A stretch of DNA of 63,171 nt, counting the filler, from Octopus bimaculoides (Eukaryota), in NCBI RefSeq assembly GCF_001194135.2. It is 6 parts of 4 records of this genome, joined end to end, with 100 filler letters (N's around TTAATTAATTAA, not from the genome) between each part and the next. Parts side by side here need not be neighbours in the genome. Positions count along the whole stretch, not along the records: positions 50,589 to 61,228 come from NC_068982.1; positions 61,329 to 63,171 come from NC_068997.1; 4 more parts are not named here. The stretch is one strand, 5' to 3'. Shown in pieces: positions 50,926-63,171 of this stretch. Within the stretch, counting starts at the first letter, position 1. The number at the start of each line of letters is the position of its first letter. Under the pieces are notes generated by a model. It ran no database searches. It worked only from the letters and a program-made list of their open reading frames with translations, and was not told the DNA's origin. Position numbers and translations under genes: made by a program.

Positions 50926-51281
50926 ACGACGAGTTTCTTTCAGTTTCCGCCTACCAAATCCACTCACAAGGCTTCGGACGGGCCGGGGCTTAAGTAGGAG
51001 ACACGTGCTCAAAGAGTACGGAACCATGGAGTTGAGAAGCAAACTTCTTACCATAAAAGCCATGACTGCGCCTGAAAGAATGAATACATAAATATACTGA
51101 ACAACAAATAAACAAATATGAACGATAGGTGCAGTCATGGCCGTGTGGTTAAGAGGCTCCTTTTGTTATCGCATGCTTTCGGGTTCAATCTCACTGCGCA
51201 GTACCATAGGCAAGTCTTCTACTATAGCCCCGGGCCAACCAATGTTCTGTGAATGAATTTGGTAGAAGGATACTGTGAAGT
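50926..51281. mobile_element. Two divergently oriented SINE family A copies
   Basis: Minus copy at 50926-51072 and plus copy at 51128-51281. Confidence 0.8.
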
Positions 51282-51294
51282 AGCTCGTCACACA

Positions 51295-51324
<30 letters not shown>

Positions 51325-51333
<9 letters not shown>

Positions 51334-51500
51334 TTGAAATTTACAGAAAAACAAAAGACGAAAACAAGTATATGAACAACAAGCAGGTGCATTAGTTTGA
51401 CGGTCGGGAAAGTGAGAAAGTTTTTTACGTTTCGAGCCTATGCTCTTCAATAGAAAGAAATAAGAGAAAGTAAACAGAGAGAGAATAAAAAATCATGTGG
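51325..51500 (-). mobile_element. Short dispersed element carrying a hammerhead-like motif (copy 2)
   Basis: The minus strand at 51460-51421 reads tttcttt-CTATTGA-A-GAGC-atag-GCTC-GAA-ACGT-A-aaaaa. The flanks are colinear with 20-200. Confidence 0.6.
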
Positions 51501-52040
51501 ATTCAGCGATTAAGCACATATATATATATATATATATANNNNNNNNNNNNNNNNNNNNNNNNNNNNNNNNNNNNNNNNNNNNNNNNNNNNNNNNNNNNNN
51601 NNNNNNNNNNNNNNNNNNNNNNNNNNNNNNNNNNNNNNNNNNNNNNNNNNNNNNNNNNNNNNNNNNNNNNNNNNNNNNNNNNNNNNNNNNNNNNNNNNNN
51701 NNNNNNNNNNNNNNNNNNNNNNNNNNNNNNNNNNNNNNNNNNNNNNNNNNNNNNNNNNNNNNNNNNNNNNNNNNNNNNNNNNNNNNNNNNNNNNNNNNNN
51801 NNNNNNNNNNNNNNNNNNNNNNNNNNNNNNNNNNNNNNNNNNNNNNNNNNNNNNNNNNNNNNNNNNNNNNNNNNNNNNNNNNNNNNNNNNNNNNNNNNNN
51901 NNNNNNNNNNNNNNNNNNNNNNNNNNNNNNNNNNNNNNNNNNNNNNNNNNNNNNNNNNNNNNNNNNNNNNNNNNNNNNNNNNNNNNNNNNNNNNNNNNNN
52001 NNNNNNNNNNNNNNNNNNNNNNAAACAAATATGAACGATA

Positions 52041-52207
52041 GGTGCAGTCATGGCCGTGTGGTTAAGAGGCTCCTTTTGTTATCGCATGCTTTCGGGTTCA
52101 ATCTCACTGCGCAGTACCATAGGCAAGTCTTCTACTATAGCCCCGGGCCAACCAATGTTCTGTGAATGAATTTGGTAGAAGGATACTGTGAAGTAGCTCG
52201 TCACACA

Positions 52208-52263
<56 letters not shown>

Positions 52264-52428
52264 CATACATACGACGGGCTTCTTTCAGTTTCCGTCAACC
52301 AAATCCACTCACAAAGTTTGGTCGGTTCGATGCTATAGTAGAAGGCACTTGGCCAAAGTACCACACAGTGGGACTGGACTCAGAACCATATGGTTGAGAA
52401 GCGAGCTTCTTACCACATAGCTATGCCT
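52041..52428. mobile_element. Two convergent SINE family A copies
   Basis: Plus copy at 52041-52202 (identical to 51128-51281) and minus copy at 52272-52428. Confidence 0.8.
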
Positions 52429-52431
52429 GGG

Positions 52432-52580
52432 TTTTTTACGTCCCCGTAACTTAGCGGTTCGAATAAGTGACAAATAAAATAAATACTAGGTTTAAAAATA
52501 AGTGCTGGAGTCGATTTGTTTGACTAAACCCTTGAAGTCGGTAATACACCGTGGTCGCAGTCAACTGACTGAAACAAGCA
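52432..52580 (+). mobile_element. Family E, partial
   Basis: Homology to 61398-61607. Confidence 0.7.
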
Positions 52581-52589
52581 AAATAATAT

Positions 52590-52626
<37 letters not shown>

Positions 52627-52958
52627 AAAGAAAGAAAGAAAATGTAATGCTTACTAACGAAATAATTCTTATCAGCATCTAAACATGTAAACATTTTTAA
52701 CACACAGTGACCTGTGTGTAAAAGATGCATGCGTTCTGTTGTTGAAAAATAAACATGACTTGCAGTGGAATGTTTTAAGGCAGCGCCAGATAATTGTCTG
52801 CATTGCTAAATAAATGTACATCTTTCTTATTCAAAACATATTTGCTAAAGCTCGTAAACGTACGTACATATTTGTACTTGAGTGCAGGAAAGTTGGACAC
52901 GAACACTATCCACCATACCGAACCCAACTTCACACTCACTCACACACGCACGTACACA

Positions 52959-52959
<1 letters not shown>

Positions 52960-53038
<79 letters not shown>
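52960..53038. repeat. (CA)n microsatellite
   Basis: Directly visible. Confidence 0.95.
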
Positions 53039-53041
<3 letters not shown>

Positions 53042-53832
53042 GCGCGCACATATATTTCATTTCATCGACACTTAGACTTCGTATTTCATGAAACATTGAT
53101 GAAAGAAATGTGAAATACCAGTTTCGGATAATAGAATATAACAACAAAATACTTTACTTTCGGTATTGAGTACTCCTTTTCCTTCTGTACACCAACGTGA
53201 TTACATGTACACATACGCACGCACGCAGACACAAATACACACACGCATACAGGTATGCACAAGCATGTCAGATAAAAATGAAGTTAAGCGCCCAAGGGAA
53301 CATCTGTGTGGTCTCTCAACGGGCCTGAAATAGTAACCAAATCTCCCCCGATGGAAGGATACATTGAATAATGTAATCCTAGTTACTCTGTACGTATCTA
53401 AGAAAAAACGACGAGACGGTAATGGCGGAAACATCTTTGATCATAAATCTCCCTTATTAGAGTTGATCTAGAACAAGACAACAGCAACAGCATAGGGATC
53501 TATAAAGGATATATTGTGACAGTAAATAAGCTTTAAAAGGGTTACTGGCCTTTTAACTTCAGCATGCACACATTTATTAAAGCGGGAGCATCTCGGAAGT
53601 CCCTTGAGTGTTTTGATCGAGATTTAAAGGATTTAGAAGCATTATTGTCGTTATCTAATGACGGAAGAGACTGTCATGTGATCGTTACGTGGACACTATT
53701 GAAGAGACTGTCATGTGATCGTCACGTGGACACTATTGAAGGAGGGTGTTGGAGTGTGGTTACGAGTCGATGCGTCTTTGTGTTGTTATGTCCTTTCTAC
53801 TAGAGGCACACAGCCTGAAATTAGCCCGCCCT

Positions 53833-53975
53833 TGACTGGTACTTATTTTATCGACCCTGAAGGGATGAAAGACAAAGTTGACCTTGATGGAATTTGAACT
53901 CAGAACGTAAAGACGGATAAAATGCTGTTAAGCATTTTGCCCGACATGCCATCGATTTCGCCAGCACTCCGCCGT
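53833..53975 (-). mobile_element. SINE family D
   Basis: Reverse-complement homology to 54719-54945. Confidence 0.8.
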
Positions 53976-54718
53976 ATTCGTCGTTGTAATATCAATTATT
54001 ACACTCTTCTAGTATAGATTATTAAAACTTGTATAAAGCTACATATTTCGCACAGTGAATTTAGTTATTCCTCCCCATACACACACATTCATAATCACAC
54101 ATATATAAACACAGAAATTGACTCGAATTCTATCGACTTCGAAGGGATTTCTTGACGAAGACACCCTCTGCGAACGTAACTAAATACCGCAGAATAACTA
54201 TATTTAATAACTATGTTAATAATTATATTTAATAATTATGTTATGCTGCAAAACCCTAAATATAACGAATGCCTTCTTCTTGACACGAATACTTTTAAAT
54301 TCTCTAAACAGTTTCCAGATTTAAGGAATATCTTAGTGTGACTTTCAGTAGCTATAATGAAAATGAAAGCCAAGCGTTTAATTAATTTGCCGGAGGAATA
54401 ATCTGTTGGTAATTTCTTTTAAATCTTCTTTAATAAGTAGTTTTCTACTAACTTTTGTTCATTATAAGGTTTTTTTTTTTTTAATTACCAAAATAAATGC
54501 ATATGGTTTGTAGAAATGCTAGTAAATTTTGTAGAACTTCCTTTTTGCCTCTTCGCGTTCTGTGTTTAAATTTTAGCATTGACTGACCTTTCATCCCTCC
54601 GATGTCGATAATTATCAATGCCAGTAGTCTTCTGAAGCTGAATCAATCGACTCCACTGTTTCTCTGGAAATGTTTGATTTTTGTTTCAAAACTGGAAATC
54701 ACTAATATTCTCATCGAA

Positions 54719-55275
54719 TACGGCGGCGAGCTGGCAGAATCGTTAGCACGCTGGGCGAAATGTTTAGCAGTATTTCATCTGCCGTTACGTTCTGAGCTCA
54801 ATTTCCGCCGAGGTCGACTTTGCCTTTCATCCTTTCGGGGTCGATTAAATAAGAACCAGTTTCGCACTGGGGTCGGTGTAATCGACTTAATCCCTTTGTC
54901 TATCCTTGTTTGTCCCCTCTGTGTTTAGCCCCCTGTGGACAATAAAGAAATAAGTATTCTCATCGAAAGAGTGACGGTTTGGCAAAAACGATATGTTCCT
55001 GCTCTCAGATCCAGCCAAAGAAGACGACGCTTTTCATCTCTAAATATTTATAAAATAAGTAGGGCGGTAAGCCGGCAGAATCGTTATCACGCAGGGTGAG
55101 ATACTTAGCGGTAATTCGTTCGTCTTTGCGTTCTGAGTTCAAATTTCGCCGATGTCCACTTTACCTTTCAGGGCCGATAAAGTAAGCACCAATTGAGCAT
55201 TGGGGTCGATTTAATCGACCTCACTCCTCCTCCGAGATTTCTAGCCTTGTGCCAAAATTTGCAACAATTATCTAT
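54719..55275 (+). mobile_element. Two tandem SINE family D copies
   Basis: Copies at 54719-54945 and 55061-55275 with a TTCTGAGTTCAAAT B-box-like motif. Confidence 0.85.
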
Positions 55276-55949
55276 AAAATAAGTACCAATCATATAATAG
55301 GATTCCAGGTCAGTTTATTGTATTTCTTCTTTACGATGGCGACAGAATGTCGGATTAAATGCCTAACAAAGTTTAGTTTCGTCACGCTATATTTTGTATT
55401 TAAATTCCATTGGAGTGAAATAGGCTTTGTTTTTCATTTACCTGTTCCAATCTGAGGAAACATTATTACAATTGTTGTTCATAGTTCGAGAGACATGAGT
55501 AAAAGAACCGACCCCAGGAGTAACAATAAACTTGAAATATTCTATATTCTCTGGTTTAGACACTTGACTATGTATCGTAAGTTAACTATTCTATTGAAAA
55601 AATTACAGGTACTTTGAAATCGAATTCTCTGTCCTTTACAAAATCGTGGCCTTATTCCTGAGAAAGAAATTATATCTTTAGTTATTCACTGCTCCATTTC
55701 TATCATCTCAACCGTTTCACCATTTTATGCAAAGTCATTTACTGAATCTTCTTTCTGTGATTCTGTTTCTCCATTTTCTGATATCCGATGTATTAAAAAC
55801 ACTGAGAAGCAACCGTACTATATAAACACAGCCCTAATACCGTCGCACTGACTTAACCCCTTTTTATAGCTTCTCGCCTCCTCCACAACAAGCTATTAGC
55901 GTTATATTTTTTTCCTTTCGGAAATCACATTCATTCTAAATGGAAATTG

Positions 55950-56165
55950 TCGTTATTTAGCTCAAGGTTAACAGTGATCGAGTAGTCATGAACAAAGGCG
56001 TTCCATCTATGGTCATCCTATCTTTTTATTCAAACACTGTATCTAAGACAACAGTATATTATTATCCAGTGAGTCCTACAATTTTTGAATGACTGTAGGT
56101 AGTGATTTGAAGGAGATTTGGCTACTATTTTTAGAAGGTAGTACGTTCACAATGAGTTTTCCTCT
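55950..56165 (+). mobile_element. Dispersed repeat family G (GATTTGAAGGAGATTTGGCT.CTATTT)
   Basis: Other fragments at about 9010-9060, 13830-13900, 19420-19500, 34110-34230, 35610-35760 and 53300-53480. Confidence 0.6.
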
Positions 56166-56809
56166 GTTGACTTGTGTGGTTTCCACTATTCCCACTGTTC
56201 TCATATTGCTACTTTGAAGACCTGATTAATAATTAAGTTGAAGGGTTACAGTGTTTTCGTAACACCTCTAGGGATAATTAAGATATCTTTTTACACTTTG
56301 CTGAAACTTTCGTGATTTCTTCGTTCTCATGGTGTTTATGACAAGAAGAAACTAAAAACCACCTTTTTGATATGCAGTCAATCTAGACTGACATTTATTG
56401 ACTTCACCCTTGCTCCTGCTCTAATTTCATCTAAATATGACCTGGTCGCGAATTTATGTACGTGCATTGATCTGTTTTAAGAACGGCAAACGGTTCCTTA
56501 CTTAACCCCACTCTGTCTTCTTAAGTATAACATTAGCTGTTTCAGATATCTCTTCAAGGTCACGTGGAAGTTAGTATATTAATAACTAATCCATGATATT
56601 GCTATACAGTGTAGCAGCTGTAGCCCAACAAACAGGAAATGTATGATCGATTCTGACTCTCCAGCGAATTGTAATTCCACTTAGAGAAATTTGTTTGTTG
56701 CTCTAAAACAGAATCCATCTTCCACAGATTTCTAAAAAATTATTGAAGCAGGAAATCAGATGAGGCTCATAATCCTATGTAGTAAAGACACAAGATCTAA
56801 AATTTAGGG

Positions 56810-56915
56810 GCAGTGGAGTTAGTCCATTACATCAACCCCGGTACTCAATTAATTGGTACTTAGTTTATCGACCCCGAAAGGATGAAAGACAAAGTCGGCT
56901 TCGGCGAAATTTTCA
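56810..56915 (-). mobile_element. SINE family D, partial
   Basis: GGTACTTAGTTTATCGACCCCGAAAGGATGAAAGACAAAGTCG segment. Confidence 0.7.
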
Positions 56916-58215
56916 TTAAGAACATAAATCCGAAAGAAATTTACAAAGCATTTACAAAGCATTTCGCCGCCTTAAAAATGAAATTTATAATGCATGTAAT
57001 ATTCTGTTGATATAGTGGTTCTTACTTAAGGCCAGTTCACAAATATCTTTGAGAGAGGTATAAACATCACATACTTTCATACACCTATGTAACCTTTTAT
57101 CGAATTATGAAATCTATATTAAATTTCTATTATTGAAGAATACAAATTCTTAGAATACACACTAATCGTTTTAAAGTAGGGTTCTAACTAAATGTTCTTA
57201 GACATATATGGCAAGTTAGATCATTTTTCTCCTTCATCTATTATTAAATCTTCAACACTAAATGATTTATTCTCAGTATCGACGACCTGACTGAGCGAGC
57301 ATTTATGGCTGTGACTGCAATGGGTACGAAAGACATCCAACAGGTTTGAAATCACGATCGTTCGGTTGTCCAAGCCGAATGCTCTCTCCTGAGTTTACAA
57401 CCTCCAAATCAGCAAGGTTTATTAAATAATAAAATTGAAAACGAGCTCTGGAAAATAACTTAGAGTTACCAACGACATGATTTTGGGCAATAAAAACCAA
57501 GAAAGCTATACTAAATACCACACAAGATGATTTCTTGATTATTGAAATTATCTTCGCTTCGAGAAAAGTAAACGAACACCTAGGGGTATTTGCAAGCGAC
57601 TTCGGATGAGAAGCAGAGATATTCTCAAGGAGTGAACAATTCTTCGCAATCAATATTTTTTATCTTACTCTATAGCTAAGCTTATTTAAAGTGTAACAGT
57701 CGAACTTGGTTTATCGTTTAAGATTCAGATTATATCTTCGTTTTCGTTTCATTGTTAAGTCCCTCAAAAACGTAACATTCGAACAAATTTCGTGACAAGC
57801 AGAATAAGCATTAGCCATTGCAGAATTAGGTCGAATATGTCCGCTAACTGAAGGTCCACACATGTACACGCACACACACACATATATACATATGCACACA
57901 CACGCATACACACAATCATACGCGCCCGCGCGGGTACACATGTGTATCTGAATGAAGTTTACGTACTTTCTTTTTTCACATATGCGTGTGTTTTTGAGTA
58001 CGAGTTCTGGTATTCTGTTTTGATAGGAAAAGGACCCAGTTTATGGTTTGAATCTAGGTTTGGCGAAAACAGTAAACAAAAGTCAAAGATAATCACTCGA
58101 AAAAAATGAACTTGTACTTAAGAAACAACTTCCTCTTCTCATAGACAGCCGACGGTTGTTGTACCAAGATTGGAAAACAATAAGCAAACATAATACGACT
58201 GTTAATGAAGAATGT

Positions 58216-58855
58216 GGATCTTGTTCAAAACGGGGGCACCAGTTTTCATTAATGTTTTATGTAGTGTTTTGGGTACCGAAAGACTTTCAAACTTCGTATA
58301 CTTATCTATTTTGTGTTATAGAACAGAAAAAAATTTTTGTATTCGAATTTATTTCATGTAAAAAATTGTCTTATTTCGATAATCTCAACCAATCACTGAC
58401 AAGTATTCAGCTGTTTACACTTGCTCCTTTGGAAGTTTAAGCGGTGTAAAGCGTGTTTATTCTCCATTTATAATTTCGTTAACATCTGCCTGAACTGTAT
58501 GTGTACAACATTTGCTTTTTTCATTTTCTTTCACGCGTGTTTATTTCGTTAACATCTGCCTGAACTGTATGAAAGGTTTATTAGCTACTGCCTAACCCTA
58601 ACCCTACTGCCAATATGCTTCAGCTATCGTTTGTTTACATAATCAGCACTTAATAATATCCGGCTGAATGGACGTCAGTCATTGGTTGAAATTACAGAAA
58701 TACGACAACTTTAACATGAAATAACTTGCGATGTAGGTTTTTTTGTTAAGAAGACTAAGAGAAAAAGATGTTTTATATGACACATTCTACCAGTGTTCCA
58801 AGTTTCAAAGTGTTTCGTTAAGAAAATACTGGTGCCCCCGTTTTGAACAAGATCC
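58216..58855. mobile_element. 640-bp non-autonomous DNA transposon with 28-bp perfect TIRs and an 8-bp TSD
   Basis: TIR GGATCTTGTTCAAAACGGGGGCACCAGT at both ends; AAGAATGT duplicated at 58208-58215 and 58856-58863. Confidence 0.9.
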
Positions 58856-59195
58856 AAGAATGTTCTAAATTCGTTGGTAAATAGGAAAGAGATTAAAGAT
58901 TGGAGTGGTGGGAATTCTAGAGTGCCATGTTGAATCCATTGAGACATTTAGTTAGGTTTCTTTACGTTGTGGGTTCGTTTTCTGCAGGGAGTGAATTTTG
59001 CCATGCGTCTCAATGGTCTCGATAACGAGTCAACGAAGAGGCGTGCCTCGATACGATTACTCGGCCTGCTAAAACTAACAGTCCCCCTCAAAACACACGT
59101 CTTAGAAGAGAAAAAAAAAACAGGCAATACCATACAGTGTAAACGTATGTGTGTATGTATGTATGTATATAGATAGATAGATAGATAGATATATG

Positions 59196-59259
<64 letters not shown>

Positions 59260-59863
59260 AAAGAAACGGGATTGTAACGGTTTTAAAATGTCTTTGATCG
59301 TAGATTTGCTCTGTCAGGGTTTACTTGGAGCTAAAAACAATAACAAAAGAAAAATTATAGAGATATGAATGAAGTAAGTTTTAAGCATTTACTAGAGAAA
59401 GTGGGGCTTAACTATAGACACCTTCCCTACATATTTACGGCCTTGGAAATCAATAGAGAAGATTACATTGACACGAAGTTTATGAAGAAATTCTACATAT
59501 TTTATCTCCACATGTATTCATTCAACTATTTTTCTATCTAGTTTTTCTTAATGACCGAACATTTTAACTTCTCATTAATGTCCCACCAAATCAGTAGACC
59601 CAGCAAAGAAACCCTCTACAATCAGATAGGGCGGGCTATAAAGTTTCAGTTGACTAGTTTGTTCGAAAATGGTATTTAACCGTTGACTCTGCTGTGTACT
59701 ACAATTAGAGCGAGAAGTAAAAACACCACGTCTTTTATAACTGTGTCATGCATGAAAATATGATTAACGAGATATATCAAATTTACATGTAAACACGCAC
59801 ACGTATACACACATACGTACTCATACACACGTACACACAATCTTACCCAAATTAGACGTATAG

Positions 59864-60005
59864 GAGGCAGTCTTGCTTGTGTGATTAAAAAGTTCGCTTT
59901 GCAACCTCATGGTTCTGCGTTCGATCTCACAGCACGGGTAATGTTTTCTACTATATTCTCGGTTTAACCGATACTTTGTGAGTTGAATTCCGTTGGGGGA
60001 GACCG
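59864..60005 (+). mobile_element. SINE family A, diverged
   Basis: Head and central homology to the other copies. Confidence 0.6.
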
Positions 60006-60057
60006 TGTATTCCTGTTTTACATCCTTAAAATAAGTCCAATAAAGATGGGCTCCCGC

Positions 60058-60310
60058 TTTTTAAGCGGCCTATTGGCTGAGTCGTTAGAGCATCGGACGA
60101 AACGCATGATGCTAGTTGTTCCGACACCTTGCGTTCTGAGTTCAAATCCAGACAAGGTCAACTTTGCTGTTCATCTCTCCAGTGTTGATAATTAAAGTAC
60201 CAGTTTCGTGCGGTGGTAGACTGGTAGAACTGTTAAAGCATCAGACGGGATACCTTGCTTTACTTGTTCTGGCTCTTTGTGTTCTGAGTTCAAATCCTGC
60301 CATGACCTAT
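60058..60310 (+). mobile_element. Two partial SINE family D copies
   Basis: Head homology occurs twice. Confidence 0.65.
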
Positions 60311-60399
60311 TCGGGTGGCAAATTAACTTCTAGTATCTCGAGTGACTTTAGCGAAATCCGTTCTGCTGCAAGCGTTCGGGACCAAGTTTCGATTTAAGA

Positions 60400-60860
60400 A
60401 TACCTTCCTTGTTCCGTCCCACAAGCCTCGGAGGCCCTGCAAATGATCATGTGTACCACCTTCTGCTTGACTAAAAGATTTTAAAAAAGGGAATTTCGTT
60501 GATACCCTTCAAAATGAAAATAATGTAGTGATCAAAGGTTCAAAAGAGCTCTCCGCCCCAGCTCGACTAATTGGAATAAAGTCCCTCATTGACCTACTCC
60601 AGCCTCTGGCCCACATGCGTACTTTCTCCTCCCCCCCTCTCTCACTCTGCTTTTTCTACCGCAACTGTAATGGCCTCTGCTCTTTGGCACTGGCTGGGCT
60701 CATGCCGCTTCCGCCCAAGCATTCCGTTCTTACTTGTCTCCCTTATCCCATCACCCTTGTGATGTTCACCCCAACCCTTGGCCCCATACTTATTATTACA
60801 CCTCATCATTCCTTCCAGATGTCGGCTCTTTGTCGGATAGTGTATTTCATCTATAACTAT
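60400..60860 (+). mobile_element. CR1/L2-group LINE, 3' end of ORF2, degraded
   Basis: ARLIG..SL..LLQPLAH.R...FFYRNCNGLCS.ALA.LMP...HSF matches the post-RT tail of CR1/L2-like LINEs. Confidence 0.65.
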
Positions 60861-61164
60861 AAAAGAGAGTTTGTGTGTGCACGCGCGTTTGTACCTTATG
60901 CATTCCAAAACCGAGGTGCCGATTTTGACGTATGGGGTATCAAAAGATTCTGTACTGTTTCGGTTACCAATTATACTTTATTTTCATTGACATATTTGCA
61001 TTACAAGAATTTAAAATTATAATCTTTTCCAGAACTCAACTATCGTAAACATTTTATACGACGATGACGTCACATTTTCTATATGAGTGTGTACTTTGAA
61101 AGACATCCAGCATCACGGCACACCTTCACTCACTCACTCTGTCTCTCTCCCTCTCTCTCTCTCT

Positions 61165-61228
<64 letters not shown>

Positions 61229-61397
61229 NNNNNNNNNNNNNNNNNNNNNNNNNNNNNNNNNNNNNNNNNNNNTTAATTAATTAANNNNNNNNNNNNNNNN
61301 NNNNNNNNNNNNNNNNNNNNNNNNNNNNATATATATATATATATATATACATGCATGCGAACATAGATACATATATATATATATATGTATGTATGTA

Positions 61398-61604
61398 TGT
61401 GTGTCTGTGTTTGTCCCCCCACCATCGATTGACAACCGATGCTGGTGTGCTTAGGTCCCCGTAACTTAACGGTTCGGCAAAAAGTGACCGATAGAATAAG
61501 TACTAGGCTTACAAAGAATAAGTCCTGGGGTCGATTTGATTCGACTAAAGGCGGTGCTCCAGCATGGCCGCAGTCAAATGACTGAAACAAGTAAAAGAAT
61601 AAAA

Positions 61605-61607
<3 letters not shown>
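61398..61607 (+). mobile_element. Family E
   Basis: GTCCCCGTAACTTAACGGTTCGGC...GGCGGTGCTCCAGCATGGCCGCAGTCAAATGACTGAAACAAG. Confidence 0.85.
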
Positions 61608-61647
<40 letters not shown>

Positions 61648-61650
61648 TAC

Positions 61651-61851
61651 TTGTCGCCAAGCCAACATGGCAGTCCCAAATATAGGACGAATGCTGCCGT
61701 GGATTAGCTCCAAGAGGCCATCGCCTCTAGCTAGCTATGTGACACACGAATCTGTGTCCTTTATAACCTTCGAACAGGGGAGGTCAGCAGCTTCCCCTTG
61801 CTGGTTTGGCATCTGCAGACTAGACTAGTTTCAGGGTGTTGCCCCTTGTCA
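61651..61851 (-). mobile_element. Diverged Penelope-like pLTR fragment with a 5'-truncated hammerhead
   Basis: Colinear similarity to the arm at 31949-32089. Minus strand reads TGA-CA-AGGG-gcaaca-CCCT-GAA-ACTAGT-C, with the upstream CTGA replaced by (TA)n. Confidence 0.6.
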
Positions 61852-63171
61852 ATATATATATATAAAATGACATTTTTACGATAATAGTAGACAAATTTCT
61901 TTCACGATGTACTCTGTCGTTTAAAAAAGCAATTCGGATATCGGATAATTGTAGTCCCGTATTGATGTTTGAAACTCGAAAGTGATGGTCATGGCCGAAC
62001 TATTTTTGATATTTTACTCAGGTGGACCCTCTAAGCATTCGCTGTTTAAAATATTTCAATATATATTTTTGTTATTAAATATTATAAGAAATTGTATTAA
62101 AAATCGTTAGAATATTTGCATTGTAGAAGTAAAACCAATGTATTGCACATGAATTTTAACAATAAAATCTTATATGGACCCAGTTGTGCACTACTGGTCT
62201 CTATGCGATCAGCTTTGGCCTGTGGTTAAACAAAAACAACGATGACAAGTTAGTAAGTTAAAAACCATTTGTCAGATGAGTCAAACATGGAGCCTGTATG
62301 ACGTCATTTTATTCTGTTAGAGGTAGCAGCTGAATTTATATCAACCCATACTATTAAAAAACAATAAAGAAAGAAGCATTGGTTAAATGTAGTTCTAGAT
62401 TCTGTATATCTGAAAAAAGAAACAGTCGTAATAACCATGACTAGCACGACTTTAATCGTAGGTCTGATCTATCAGAGATGAGCCGCCGGGGTCAAACAGC
62501 TCCAGCAACAACCAGCAATCCTGTGCAAGTGATAGCATTTGAACTGGTGACCTCTCGGTTGATTGTCCAACTACATATTGGACAGCTGGACCATCCAATT
62601 TCTCTGCGTGGAATTACCATACAAAATAGAAGAAGACATGATACATATTTTTTTCCCTTCCTTCCTTCCTTCCTTCCTCTACAGTTGACCTTGTTTTATG
62701 GTTTTGTTCTCTCTTAACCCGAACCCCCAAAGCTCCAAGTCCAAGGCTAACCTCTACTGCAAACCTCAATGCCTACATCAAAACTGAGAAATAATGAATA
62801 TTTCAATAGTTACTGATAGACGACTAAGTTGGCAGCAGAATCTATGTTATAACGTTAAGGTTTACACGGCCAGATAAATAAATAGTAAATAGATGAAGTG
62901 TAGAGAGTAAGTTTCCGCCTAGATTCTCTTGTTTATTCATCTAAACTGCCAACAAATCCTTAGTAAGCCACTGATAAGACACTCGCTGTTCAAGACATGT
63001 TTTCGCTTGTGTGTAATAATATCTCCATATGTGTGTATGTGTCTGCATGAGTGTGCTTGTGTGTACATGTGTGTATGTGTGTGTGTGTACGTGTGTGTAA
63101 GTGAATGTCCATTTGTTAGTGTGTGTGTGTGTGTGTGTGTAAGTGAATTTGTTAGTGTATGTGTGCGTATG

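Noticed and set aside
51100-52250. Identical ~210-bp segments on both sides of the 51539-52022 gap
   Set aside because: Most likely a contig-end overlap or haplotype artefact. It needs long reads before being called a duplication.
57230-57700. 116-aa minus-strand ORF or possible L1/Tx1 remnant
   Set aside because: No motif I can identify with confidence in either orientation.

Overview
This is repeat-dense, AT-rich eukaryotic draft-assembly sequence with many N gaps. The SINE families and microsatellite load point to an octopus or other coleoid cephalopod (inferred, not database-confirmed). One protein-coding gene is supported: a minus-strand Lines homolog (LINS1-like) with three in-phase coding exons (13251-12937, 10218-10132, 8676-7542). 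Its first exon lies upstream and its 3' exons probably lie left of the window. The rest is transposon-derived: at least six SINE-like families, two Tc1/mariner maT-type (DD37D) copies, a pogo/Tigger-like end, a piggyBac-like MITE, Helitron pieces, Penelope-like element (PLE) RT and GIY-YIG remnants, a Gypsy 3' end with its LTR, LINE tails, foldbacks and microsatellites. The most notable signal is a set of minimal type I hammerhead ribozyme (HHR) motifs. A near-canonical one sits in the spacer of a foldback with 141-bp arms (32108-32150). A truncated relative with covarying stems is at 61823-61851. A second family carries a non-canonical CUGUUGA core (111-147, 51421-51460). All identifications come from manual reading; no searches were run.
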